From positions 10,638-74,637 of the forward strand of contig CAYYDR010000001.1 of NCBI GenBank assembly GCA_964470695.1: a stretch of 64,000 nucleotides of DNA, read 5' to 3'. A model generated the notes under the pieces. It did no database searches and was not told the origin of the DNA. It saw only the letters and a list, made by a program, of their open reading frames with translations. This document shows, one piece after another, positions 47,488 through 56,433 of the stretch. Every line of letters starts with the position of its first letter. Position 1 is the first letter of the stretch. This DNA is from an uncultured Gammaproteobacteria bacterium (lineage in GTDB: Bacteria; Patescibacteriota; Patescibacteriia; Patescibacteriales; UBA12465). Position numbers and translations under genes: made by a program.

Positions 47488-48300
47488 ATGTACCTAGAGA
47501 GCATTATTAATTTGTTTTATTCATGGCAAGCTCTGATCGGGTCTTTTATTGGTGCGGCAGCGCCTCTCGTTATTTGGTTTTTTATTCAAAGACATGAAAA
47601 TATAAAAAAAAGGAAAGACAATCTTTATTATCTAGAAAGATTATTGGTTTTTAATATAAATTTGGTTGGAGACACATACAGAACGGTAAATAAATTTATT
47701 AATGAAAATTTACAATTTTTAATGGACAATGTTCAAAGTCATATTATTGATAAGAAATATTCGTTAGATGGAACTTTTTTCCCGCTATTTCTGTCAAAAT
47801 TTGTTGATAAAAATATGTTACGCTTGAATACCGGCAGTAGTTATTTGGACAACAAGTTAAATCAGGTGCAACATATGTCAGAAAATTTTTCGGCTGGGAT
47901 TAACGACTTAAGATATCAGTTTAGAGAATTAGTGAACAATAATAGGGTCATGGTGGTAGAAAAAATGAATGATCCGGATGTACAATCTTATATCTATAAA
48001 AAAAATTTGGAAGAATTTGTTGCGGCTACTAGAAGAGATTTATTAGAAATAAACATTATTAGTTATCTGAAATTTTTAATAAAAGTTAGGGCTGCGGCTA
48101 TATTTTATAAAAAAATCGGTAATCTAAAGTGGCAAATGAAGTTTTCGCCTAGGTATAGATTTTTTTTGAGCAGAAAAAAATATGAAGAGAGTTTAGATTC
48201 GATTCATGATAATATAGATAAATATTTTGATGAAGAAGCTGAAAAAGAATTTCAACTTATTTTAACTCAACTGGAGAAGCCAGAAATTAAAAGAAAATGA
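47488..48300 (+). CDS. Hypothetical protein with N-terminal TM helix
   Basis: WQALIGSFIGAAAPLVIWFFI followed by a mostly helical-looking domain; AAGGA SD. Confidence 0.75.
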   Translation: MYLESIINLFYSWQALIGSFIGAAAPLVIWFFIQRHENIKKRKDNLYYLERLLVFNINLVGDTYRTVNKFINENLQFLMDNVQSHIIDKKYSLDGTFFPLFLSKFVDKNMLRLNTGSSYLDNKLNQVQHMSENFSAGINDLRYQFRELVNNNRVMVVEKMNDPDVQSYIYKKNLEEFVAATRRDLLEINIISYLKFLIKVRAAAIFYKKIGNLKWQMKFSPRYRFFLSRKKYEESLDSIHDNIDKYFDEEAEKEFQLILTQLEKPEIKRK

Positions 48301-48416
48301 TTATTAGATAATTTTATGTTTTCTAAAATTTGGTAGGGTTGTTTGATAATTGTGCTAATTTTTAATAAATAGACCGCTAGCTTATTAAAGCGTATAAACG
48401 ATTAATTTTAATATAT

Positions 48417-50453
48417 ATGGATGAGATGAACCGTAAAATTGAAAATGCTATTCAAGAAATTAAAAAAGAGCTTAGCAATAGAGATGATATAGCTTCTAAT
48501 ATTGGTATGCAATGGACTATTGATGATGTTTTATATAAGCCTCTTGAAAATAGAGGAATAGAGCGCTCTGTTATAGCTAGCGCTGTTAGGTTTTTATTGA
48601 ATGATGGTAAATATTTAGTTCTTGGACAAAGTGGTGGTGGTTATGGAACATTAACTCCAGAAGGGTGGCAGTGGGTTTTTGGAAAAGTAAACGTGGACAA
48701 TAATGAAGATAAAAATAATAAAAATCGTGAACAATCCCTAAATATTTTAAGAGATTATGTAAAAAATATAGTTTCAAAATTATCACCACGTGAACAGAAA
48801 ATTCTGGAAATGCGTTTTGGTTTAATTGATGGAGTGACGCACACATTGGAAGAAGTGGGCCAAGAATTTGAAGTAACCCGTGAAAGTATTCGTCGTATCG
48901 AGAGCAAAGCTTTAGAAAAAATAAGACGATTTGAAGGGATAGAAAAATTAAAAGAACTTTCTGCTAAAGATGATAGTCTTAAATTTGATAATTACGTTAA
49001 AGAATTGTTTGAAAAGAGTTTTGATAAACAAAATGGTATAAGCAAACAAAATAAAAATGGAAAGTTTAATTATACGCTACTTGATGATGGAAATTTAAGA
49101 ATGAATACTGGTAATTCTAAACCATCCATTGGTGTCGAAGATATATCTAGTGAAATAGCTAGTATATTAGTGAATATGAAAGGACAGGACGGCGCTATGT
49201 TTGGTGTATTTGGTAGATGGGGAAGAGGGAAAACGTATTTGATGAATGAAATAAAAAAGAAAAATGTTGTTAAGGAAAATTTTCATATTGTAGATTTTAA
49301 TGCTTGGAAATATCAAGATGTCCCCGCTTTGTGGGCATATTTATATTGTGAAATATTAACAAGTTACTTGCAGCGAGGTCTTAGAATGACTAGGTTTTTT
49401 AGAAGTTTTTGGTTAAATATATTTAGGTTTGGTGTAGCTAAGTTTGTATTATCAATAATTATTTCTGTTATTTTTATTTCAACAGCGTTTGTTTGTGGCT
49501 ATGATTTTATAAATTATTTTATTAAAAATAATGAATTTTCATTGATCCTTTCCGCCTTACCGGCTATTGTCGTATTGGCGCCATTATTAGAGACCTTTAG
49601 TTTTGAAAAAACATTTAGTGGTATAATAAAACAAATAACTAAAAAACCTGGATTTTTTAATGCACTTGGCCTACAGCATGAAATTCAGAAAGAGTTAGAA
49701 TTACTATTAAAGGCTTGGTGTTTTTTTAATAATAAAAAGAGCATATTACTAATTGTCGATGATATTGATAGATGTTCAGAGAATAAAATTATCAAAATAG
49801 TTGATGCCTTGAAAGTGATGCTGGATGATCAATCAATAAATAAAAAAATTGTTGTTATTGCTGCTATCGACGAAAGAATATTAAAAAGGGCAATAGAATA
49901 TAAATATCACAATTTAATTAAAAAAGGAAAAGATGATAAAACATTGAACGATGAATTGTATTCAACTATTTTGATGAGAGAATACATGGATAAATTATTT
50001 TTATGTGGGTTACGACTGGGCAAGTTAACAAAAAATGAAGTTATTACTATAGCCGATAATTTTTGTGAGCTGAATACTGATCAGGATGGCGATCATATAA
50101 ATAAAAATTTTAAGAAAGATGGTGTTATATATCAGAATAAGGACGAGAAATATATAATTGATTTGGGTAATATTGATAACAATAATAAAGACACATTATT
50201 AAAAAATCAGATGTCTAAAGAAGAAAGGGATTTAGTACATGTTTATGCTCAAGAAATAGAAAATGTTACGCCTCGACAAATAGGCATATTTGTCTTTCGC
50301 TATCTTTTAGCTAGAAATATATTGCGCATTAAAAATATAGATTATGATTATAAGAGATTGCTCCGTTTAATCGTTGGCTATATGAAAGATGAAAATATTA
50401 AGGATGAAGATGAAATTATATTAAACGTTGTTGAAATGGTGGTTCCTTATTAG
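48417..50453 (+). CDS. KAP-family P-loop NTPase with two TM helices, fused to a sigma70 region-4 HTH and a possible N-terminal winged helix
   Basis: Residues ~122-171 LSPREQKILEMRFGL.DG.THTLEEVGQEFEVTRESIRRIESKALEKIR; Walker A GRWGRGKT (~266), FNAWKY, TM insert, Walker B LIVDDIDRC (~446), EYMDKLF, TPRQI. Confidence 0.88.
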   Translation: MDEMNRKIENAIQEIKKELSNRDDIASNIGMQWTIDDVLYKPLENRGIERSVIASAVRFLLNDGKYLVLGQSGGGYGTLTPEGWQWVFGKVNVDNNEDKNNKNREQSLNILRDYVKNIVSKLSPREQKILEMRFGLIDGVTHTLEEVGQEFEVTRESIRRIESKALEKIRRFEGIEKLKELSAKDDSLKFDNYVKELFEKSFDKQNGISKQNKNGKFNYTLLDDGNLRMNTGNSKPSIGVEDISSEIASILVNMKGQDGAMFGVFGRWGRGKTYLMNEIKKKNVVKENFHIVDFNAWKYQDVPALWAYLYCEILTSYLQRGLRMTRFFRSFWLNIFRFGVAKFVLSIIISVIFISTAFVCGYDFINYFIKNNEFSLILSALPAIVVLAPLLETFSFEKTFSGIIKQITKKPGFFNALGLQHEIQKELELLLKAWCFFNNKKSILLIVDDIDRCSENKIIKIVDALKVMLDDQSINKKIVVIAAIDERILKRAIEYKYHNLIKKGKDDKTLNDELYSTILMREYMDKLFLCGLRLGKLTKNEVITIADNFCELNTDQDGDHINKNFKKDGVIYQNKDEKYIIDLGNIDNNNKDTLLKNQMSKEERDLVHVYAQEIENVTPRQIGIFVFRYLLARNILRIKNIDYDYKRLLRLIVGYMKDENIKDEDEIILNVVEMVVPY

Positions 50454-50777
50454 ATTATTATTTTAGTTGAAGTATCTGTAATAATTTTGACTTTTCAGCG
50501 TTAATCCTAATCGCTGGGTACGTTGGGTATATATTGTAGAGTTCCGAGAACATGTCATCTGTGGAGCATATAAAAGGCGAGTTTTTTGGCTCGGTGTTAA
50601 TTTGGAAAATTAAATCACCCCGCTCTATATTGCTTGCGGTTGCCCGCGGGTTGCCCATGGGATGATTAAAATTAATAAATTCAATTAATCGTAATAAATT
50701 TAAGACTAAGACTTTTTTCTTATATTAAATAAACTAAAGAAATTAAAAGAATTTCGTTTTGTTCGTTCCTCTCTTCA

Positions 50778-50804
50778 ATTCCCGTTACCCGCTCACAAAA
50801 CAGA
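50778..50804 (+). repeat. attR-like direct repeat of tRNA-Gly 3' end
   Basis: Exact 27-bp copy of 47073-47099, preceded by TTCA (T-loop remnant) and followed by a copy of the terminator. Confidence 0.9.
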
Positions 50805-50845
50805 GACAGCCCGAAAAGGCTGTTTTTGTGTTATAATATAATTAT

Positions 50846-51904
50846 ATGGAAAAAGTAAATTGGCACAAAGTTGTCACAAGAGAATATTCATTTTTATGGG
50901 CCAGCTACACTGCCTCGGCCTATAAAATTATGAAAAGATTGACTGGGACGGAGCTTAGATATAATCTTTTTTATACTCAAGGAAGAATATTAACTATCTA
51001 TCGTGAAGCAAAAGACGTCCACCGGTCCTATAAGCTCATAAATGATTTAGCGTCCAAAAATCCACAAAAAATTGTAGAATACCTAAATCATTTCAAGGAA
51101 TTAATTCACAAAAATTATGAGACCTTTAATAAAATAAAAAAAATAAAAAATAAGATGGTGCTCAAAAAAGAGCTTGTTAATTTAGATAAATTGTTTTTGG
51201 AAACCGTAGTATATTACTTATATTTTGCATTTTTGGGTTATGCGGCCGATCAGGGGGCCATTAAAAGATTTTTAAGTAGATATAAAAAACAATTTGAAGA
51301 AGTTAGAATGTTTACTATAGATTTAGACATGCATAAAGAATTTGAACGTCTTTTTGTTAAGTTTGATAAGAGGTTGAAAGGTAAAGTCCTTTTCATGACT
51401 CGTCAGGAATTAATTAAGAACCTTAAGGGGCAAAAAATATTAAAATTAAAGATCCAAAAACGAAAACAACAAGCCTTGATGATTACTAAGAATGGTATTT
51501 CTGGCGAATATCAATTTAATAAGATACAGCAAGCTTTAGATTTTGAATTGTCGCACTTAAAAATTGATAGAAATGTTAAGATATTAGAAGGCAAGACGGC
51601 TTGTCGGGGTAAGGCCAGAGGAACAGCAGTACTAGTGTTTAAGAGAGAAGATTATAAAAAGATAAGAAGAGGAAATATATTGGTTACCCCAATGACTAAA
51701 CCGGAAATTGTTCCATATATTAAAAATGTTAAAGCTATTATTACTAACGACGGCGGAGCCTTGTCTCATGCCTCTATAATATCAAGAGAGTTAAATATTC
51801 CTTGTATTGTTGGGACCACTTATGCTACAGATATTTTGAAGGATAATGACTTAGTAGAGGTAGATGCTGATAAGGGCATAGTTAAAATTTTAAAGAAGGC
51901 TTAA
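50846..51904 (+). CDS. Protein with C-terminal PEP-utilising phosphohistidine (swivel) domain
   Basis: LEGKTACRGKARG, ILVTPMTKPE, AIITNDGGALSHASIISRELNIPCIVG, VEVDADKG. Confidence 0.85.
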   Translation: MEKVNWHKVVTREYSFLWASYTASAYKIMKRLTGTELRYNLFYTQGRILTIYREAKDVHRSYKLINDLASKNPQKIVEYLNHFKELIHKNYETFNKIKKIKNKMVLKKELVNLDKLFLETVVYYLYFAFLGYAADQGAIKRFLSRYKKQFEEVRMFTIDLDMHKEFERLFVKFDKRLKGKVLFMTRQELIKNLKGQKILKLKIQKRKQQALMITKNGISGEYQFNKIQQALDFELSHLKIDRNVKILEGKTACRGKARGTAVLVFKREDYKKIRRGNILVTPMTKPEIVPYIKNVKAIITNDGGALSHASIISRELNIPCIVGTTYATDILKDNDLVEVDADKGIVKILKKA

Positions 51905-52074
51905 ATTTGTAATTAAGTCGCAAAAAGAGCTCAAATTTTATAAAACACAAAAAATAGACTAATATCAAGTCTATTTTTTGTTTGGTTTCTTTACGCACCA
52001 ATATGTAGCTAATTAAAAAAGCCCTTATTATAAAACAAGGACTTTGTAAATTTTGCTGGAATTGAAATAATTTT

Positions 52075-52800
52075 TTAGAATCTGTTTATTATTTCCATTT
52101 TTGTTTCCATGGTTTCAATATTAATGAATTCCACCGCTAAAGAAACGCGATTGTCTTCATTAAGAGAACTCCATATGTTTTCCGCGATGTTTTCTATTTC
52201 GCCATGGAGTGGCAATAGATATGGATCGCCTGTAAAAGATGGTAGCGGGTCTCCATCTCCAAAATAAGTAGTAACGCAGTAGCCAAAGCCACGGAGTAAC
52301 GATAAATTATAGGAGAAGGAATTACACTCTACGCTCGCCGGAGATTTTTTCAATATGTTAATTTTTGCCCGGCCGTTAAGCTCGTCGTCATTTTTATCAA
52401 ATGTAGCACTTATACGCGGGGTATAGTTTGGCTCATCCGGTTCATAGGCCCAGTCGCCAGAATCTAGCGTTTCCCAACCGGACCTCACTATGTCCTCCGT
52501 TTGATGTCCGTTGCTAACAACGAACATCTTATTTTCCGCATCGCAAGCTATAGCGGTGTATATTATCAGACTGGGGTCCTTTACTTTAGCTGGGTCAGCC
52601 GCTTTTGTTTTTAGAATGCCAGGGCCATCTTCTACGAATATGCGATTTCTACTATTTTCGCTCCGGCCCATGATCCAGTAAACGAAAATTAAGTTTTTAC
52701 CTGAGTCATCAAGTCCGGCTATTATGCCGCGACCGGGGTAAATATTATTAGCCAAAGCTAATAAATTTTCTACAGCTGTCTTTGCTATTTTTTGGTGCAT
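52075..52800 (-). CDS. IMP cyclohydrolase-like protein (PurO/Ntn-hydrolase type)
   Basis: YPGRGI, YWIMGRSENSRNR, DPSLIIY, VVSNGHQT, YEPDEPNYTPRIS, TTYFGDG.PLPSF.G.P. Confidence 0.82.
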   Translation of the reverse strand: MHQKIAKTAVENLLALANNIYPGRGIIAGLDDSGKNLIFVYWIMGRSENSRNRIFVEDGPGILKTKAADPAKVKDPSLIIYTAIACDAENKMFVVSNGHQTEDIVRSGWETLDSGDWAYEPDEPNYTPRISATFDKNDDELNGRAKINILKKSPASVECNSFSYNLSLLRGFGYCVTTYFGDGDPLPSFTGDPYLLPLHGEIENIAENIWSSLNEDNRVSLAVEFINIETMETKMEIINRF

Positions 52801-52972
52801 TGCGATTTCTCCTTCTGATGTTTGGGTTAATTGTTAATTTACTATTCAAAGAATATTAATATGGAATGAGATATATGTCAAATAAGCCAATAGACAATTG
52901 GTTGGTCTAATTAATGAGATTTTTAATAATATCCTAAACTTATACCAAAGCTATAAGATAGGTTCATAAGAT

Positions 52973-53000
52973 AGAGACAGCCCAAAAGGGCTGTTTTTGT
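52973..53000 (+). repeat. Third copy of the tRNA-Gly terminator hairpin
   Basis: AGAGACAGCCCAAAAGGGCTGTTTTTGT vs AGAGACAGCCCGAAAAGGCTGTTTTTGT (50802) and AGAAGCAGTCCGAAAGGGCTGTTTTTGT (47097). Confidence 0.7.
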
Positions 53001-53094
53001 TTTTTTATGGTGATATACTAATAGTAGAAGCCCCTGATTATAAGGAGGGTCTAATTTTAAAACGTTTCTACCTTAATTAAACATCACTAAACAT

Positions 53095-53838
53095 ATGATA
53101 GGCAGAGAATCTTTAATTCCTAAATTAGAAAAAACTCAGATTTCCGACTCAGAATTAAAAGAAAAAATCCCGAATTTTTTTCAATCCTTTCCAGAGGTTG
53201 AATCAGCTAGTAAAGCCGAAAGAAATTTTGAGGCTAATGATCTAAATATTAGCTTTTCTGTTTCCGATTCCGAGAATATCTTTGCTGATAAAAATTTACC
53301 GAAGAACCATGACGAATTAATCGGCTCTAATTTGCCCATTAACGATCGCCGTCGATTGGAATTTTTAGATTTTTTTCCAGAAGATTATTATAAGGTGGAT
53401 AATTTAATAATTAAGAATAAGGAGGGAAAAATTTTATTTGATTCGCAGCGCGAGGCAAATGGGACTATGATATTTGTTAGAAGAGATGGAAATGATCCAA
53501 ACGGTTCGGGAATCTTGGTTAGTTGTGAAGATGTTAAAATTGAGATTGAGCCAAATTCTCCGGCTGGGCTTTTTACTCTTTTTCATGAGCTAGGGCATAT
53601 TAATAATTTGGAAAAAGATTTTGAACGAATGATGGATATATCAATTGATTGTACTAAGAAAGAAATATCAGAGAATACTCTCGCTATTGAAAGAAATGCT
53701 TGGGCCTATGCCCTACAAAAAATGAGGCCGCTTTTAAAAGATATGGGCGCAAAAGAAGAGGAGATGAATGTTTTTATTCATCAGTGGGCGCTCGGTAGTT
53801 ATTCTAAATATATTGAAAAGTATTTGGCGGCAGCTTAA
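53095..53838 (+). CDS. Hypothetical protein with HExxH zincin-like motif
   Basis: TLFHELGH followed by downstream ERNAWAYA. Confidence 0.65.
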   Translation: MIGRESLIPKLEKTQISDSELKEKIPNFFQSFPEVESASKAERNFEANDLNISFSVSDSENIFADKNLPKNHDELIGSNLPINDRRRLEFLDFFPEDYYKVDNLIIKNKEGKILFDSQREANGTMIFVRRDGNDPNGSGILVSCEDVKIEIEPNSPAGLFTLFHELGHINNLEKDFERMMDISIDCTKKEISENTLAIERNAWAYALQKMRPLLKDMGAKEEEMNVFIHQWALGSYSKYIEKYLAAA

Positions 53839-53872
53839 CCTATAATTAATATTTTAAATTAACAATTTTTAT

Positions 53873-54451
53873 ATGTCACAAATGCCACAAATAATCGCCC
53901 AGGCTGACGCCTTGGCTAGAGAAGAAATAAGTAAATTTGGCGTTCCTAAGCTAGAGCATTTTGTTTTAGCCAATGAAAAAGGCCAACAGCTAGCCGAAGA
54001 GTTAAAAGTTAATAAGGAAATAGTATTACTCGGCACTATTTTAATGGATTTAAAGATTGGACAGTGTTTAAAAGAGGGGCGCTTATCCGAGCATGTTAAA
54101 GATAGTTCTCTAGCTGCCCAAGAATTTTTAAAGCAGTTTAACCTGGAGGAAGAAGTCTTAAAGAAAATAATAAGCTGTATTGAATCGCATCACGGAGTAA
54201 ATAAATATTATTGCCCGGAGGCGGAGATATGTGCTAATGCCGATTGTTACCGATTTTTAAGCGCGGAAGGATTTTTTCATGGACTTTTAATTTTCAGTGG
54301 CCGGTATAATGATTTGAACGAGGCCTTATCTCAATCGGAAAAGAAAATTGAGGAAAAATATGGCGTCCTATCGCTTGATATCTGTAAAAAAGAGTTGACT
54401 GATAATTATTATAACTTCAAGAAGTTAATAAAAGAGGCGAGAAGGGGATAG
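53873..54451 (+). CDS. HD-domain-like protein (degenerate)
   Basis: LLGTILMD, EHV..S, CIESHHG, EAEICANAD follow HD-fold spacing, with HD replaced by MD. Confidence 0.6.
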   Translation: MSQMPQIIAQADALAREEISKFGVPKLEHFVLANEKGQQLAEELKVNKEIVLLGTILMDLKIGQCLKEGRLSEHVKDSSLAAQEFLKQFNLEEEVLKKIISCIESHHGVNKYYCPEAEICANADCYRFLSAEGFFHGLLIFSGRYNDLNEALSQSEKKIEEKYGVLSLDICKKELTDNYYNFKKLIKEARRG

Positions 54452-54468
54452 CTGATTATTTTTAGTTT

Positions 54469-55785
54469 ATGAAAAAATTTCTAATAATTCTCTCTGTCTT
54501 GATTGCGCTAGTAATGATTATTTTTGGCGTTATGTTCCAATTCCGCATTTGTCCGCCTAAGGGGCCGTGGCCTATGCCGCCTTGGTGCGCTTCGGAATTT
54601 ATTAAATATCAATACGAGGTAAATGTCTCGCCACTTCCTTTAACGCAGATTAAGGCCGTTAATATGTATGACACCTGGGGGCGGAATTATAATATGAATA
54701 TGGTTGAGACTACTCAGGCTAATATTGAGGAGTCTTTCACCCGCGTGGCGTCTTTAGGGGCGCAAGAAATTTATATTCATGATTTTGACCGGGCCATTTA
54801 TGATAAAGAGGCGGATTTTACTAGTCTTAATTACCAGCTGGCTGATGAGATTTTCTTAAATGACATGCGCGATGAATCTATTAGCGTTTCTGACCTTAAA
54901 ATATTAGTCGCCGCCGCGCATAATCGGGGCTTGAAATTAGGGATCAAAAGAAATATTTCTTTTGTGAACATCGGTAAATATATTAGGGATGGTTTTAAGG
55001 GTAATATTTCTGGTGCCGTCTCTAGTGACTATAAAAAGTTTAACGAATCTCATTCTGAAGACTGGATAAATGATTATTTTCAAAAATGGCAGAAAAGACT
55101 ACTGGAAAAAGGTAAAATATATCAAGAGGCGGGCGTGGATATTATGAGCATTTCACCATCATTTCAAGAACCGACTTTCGCGGGCCAGGAAAAGTTAGCT
55201 AATGAGCAGTGGAACAAGCTAATTGCCGAATTACGCCAGGTATTCAAGGGTAAAATTATGGCAGACTTAAATGTTTATGGGCTTATTGACGGCCGCAATG
55301 GTAGCGAGGATTGGACTAAATATGATTATTATAAAAAAGTTGATATTGTAGAAGTAAAAATTTATAGTATTCCGGAGAAATATTGGGACAAAGATGGCTA
55401 TACTAGGGGAAGCATGGAAAAAGCAATTAGCTCCATGACAGCTGATTTAGATAAAATGGCCGAGAAATTAGGGGTTAAAATTTCAATATTTTACGCTCCG
55501 TCCAGTTATAAAAATGGCTTGTTAAGCGGGCCGGTGGAGTTTTTAGATGTTAAGAACCCGGCTGTTATGAGTTTAGAAAAAGATTATGAGGAACAGACGC
55601 TGGCTTTTGATTATTTTTTTAAGTCAGTGAAGGATAAAAAGAATATTGAGAGACTGAATGCAGCAAATTTCGCCTGGGACGACGCCCTAGACCCAGAAGT
55701 GAAGCCTAGAATTTCCGTTTCCGCCGGATTTAGGAATAAGCCGGCAGAAGCAGTAATTGGGGCATGGTGGGCCGCTAAATATTGA
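54469..55785 (+). CDS. Membrane-anchored putative glycoside hydrolase (TIM barrel, GH113-like)
   Basis: N-terminal TM; AAHNRGLKLG, WNKLIAELRQVFKGKI, C-terminal NKPAEAVIGAWW. Confidence 0.6.
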   Translation: MKKFLIILSVLIALVMIIFGVMFQFRICPPKGPWPMPPWCASEFIKYQYEVNVSPLPLTQIKAVNMYDTWGRNYNMNMVETTQANIEESFTRVASLGAQEIYIHDFDRAIYDKEADFTSLNYQLADEIFLNDMRDESISVSDLKILVAAAHNRGLKLGIKRNISFVNIGKYIRDGFKGNISGAVSSDYKKFNESHSEDWINDYFQKWQKRLLEKGKIYQEAGVDIMSISPSFQEPTFAGQEKLANEQWNKLIAELRQVFKGKIMADLNVYGLIDGRNGSEDWTKYDYYKKVDIVEVKIYSIPEKYWDKDGYTRGSMEKAISSMTADLDKMAEKLGVKISIFYAPSSYKNGLLSGPVEFLDVKNPAVMSLEKDYEEQTLAFDYFFKSVKDKKNIERLNAANFAWDDALDPEVKPRISVSAGFRNKPAEAVIGAWWAAKY

Positions 55786-55834
55786 TTTAATTCCAATAAT
55801 AGGCTAAGATGAGTATTATTTATTATCTATTTAT

Positions 55835-55966
55835 ATGGCTAAAAGAACAACTGGAGTCGGCAAGAATAAGAAATCGCATTCTCGCAAGACTAAGAAAAGA
55901 TTGGAAGTTAAGCGCTTAATGCTTGAAGCTAAGGCTCTTAAGAAAGGTAAGCACAATATAAAATAA
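55835..55966 (+). CDS. Small highly basic protein (43 aa)
   Basis: Manual translation MAKRTTGVGKNKKSHSRKTKKRLEVKRLMLEAKALKKGKHNIK; followed by terminator AAAACAACCCTT..AAGGGTTGTTTTT. Confidence 0.65.
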   Translation: MAKRTTGVGKNKKSHSRKTKKRLEVKRLMLEAKALKKGKHNIK

Positions 55967-56014
55967 AGTTTAAAACAACCCTTCTTAAAGGGTTGTTTTT
56001 GTTAATAGAAAATT

Positions 56015-56419
56015 ATGATTTATTTAAAAAATTCTTTTAGATTCTTAAAACATTTAATTGCCATTCCACTTGTTTCAACGGTAGTTATACCTTTAGTTAT
56101 TATGGATATTTGGATAGAAATTTATCATCGGATTTGTTTTCCTCTGTATAAATTTCCTTTTGTAAGACGAAAAGATTATATTAAAGTAATGGATAGGGCG
56201 AAATTACCATATCTCAACTTTTTACAGAAGATTTACTGTATGTATTGCGGTTATGGGAATGGCGTTATCCATTATTGGTCAAAGATTGCTGGAGAAACTG
56301 AAAGTTACTGGTGTGGTATTCAGCATAAAAAAGAAGCAGATTTTGCCATTCCTGCTCATCAGGCTAATTTTTCAAAATATGGCGATGCTGAGGAATTTAA
56401 ACAGAAATATTGTAAATAA
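56015..56419 (+). CDS. Hypothetical membrane protein with Cys motifs
   Basis: TM helix, YHRICF, CMYCGYGNG, ESYWCGIQH. Confidence 0.7.
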   Translation: MIYLKNSFRFLKHLIAIPLVSTVVIPLVIMDIWIEIYHRICFPLYKFPFVRRKDYIKVMDRAKLPYLNFLQKIYCMYCGYGNGVIHYWSKIAGETESYWCGIQHKKEADFAIPAHQANFSKYGDAEEFKQKYCK

Positions 56420-56433
56420 GATAGTTTAAAATT

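Larger units (their letters stand above)
47073..50829. mobile_element. Small genomic island integrated at tRNA-Gly (no integrase visible)
   Basis: 27-bp exact direct repeats plus duplicated terminator; visibly more AT-rich interior; non-housekeeping genes. Confidence 0.75.

Noticed and set aside
48780-48929. rpoD gene or pseudogene
   Set aside because: Only region 4 is present and it is in frame within an uninterrupted 678-aa KAP NTPase ORF
50458-50658. 66-aa minus-strand ORF as an integrase remnant
   Set aside because: No tyrosine or serine recombinase motif recognisable; may be a fragment but cannot be supported
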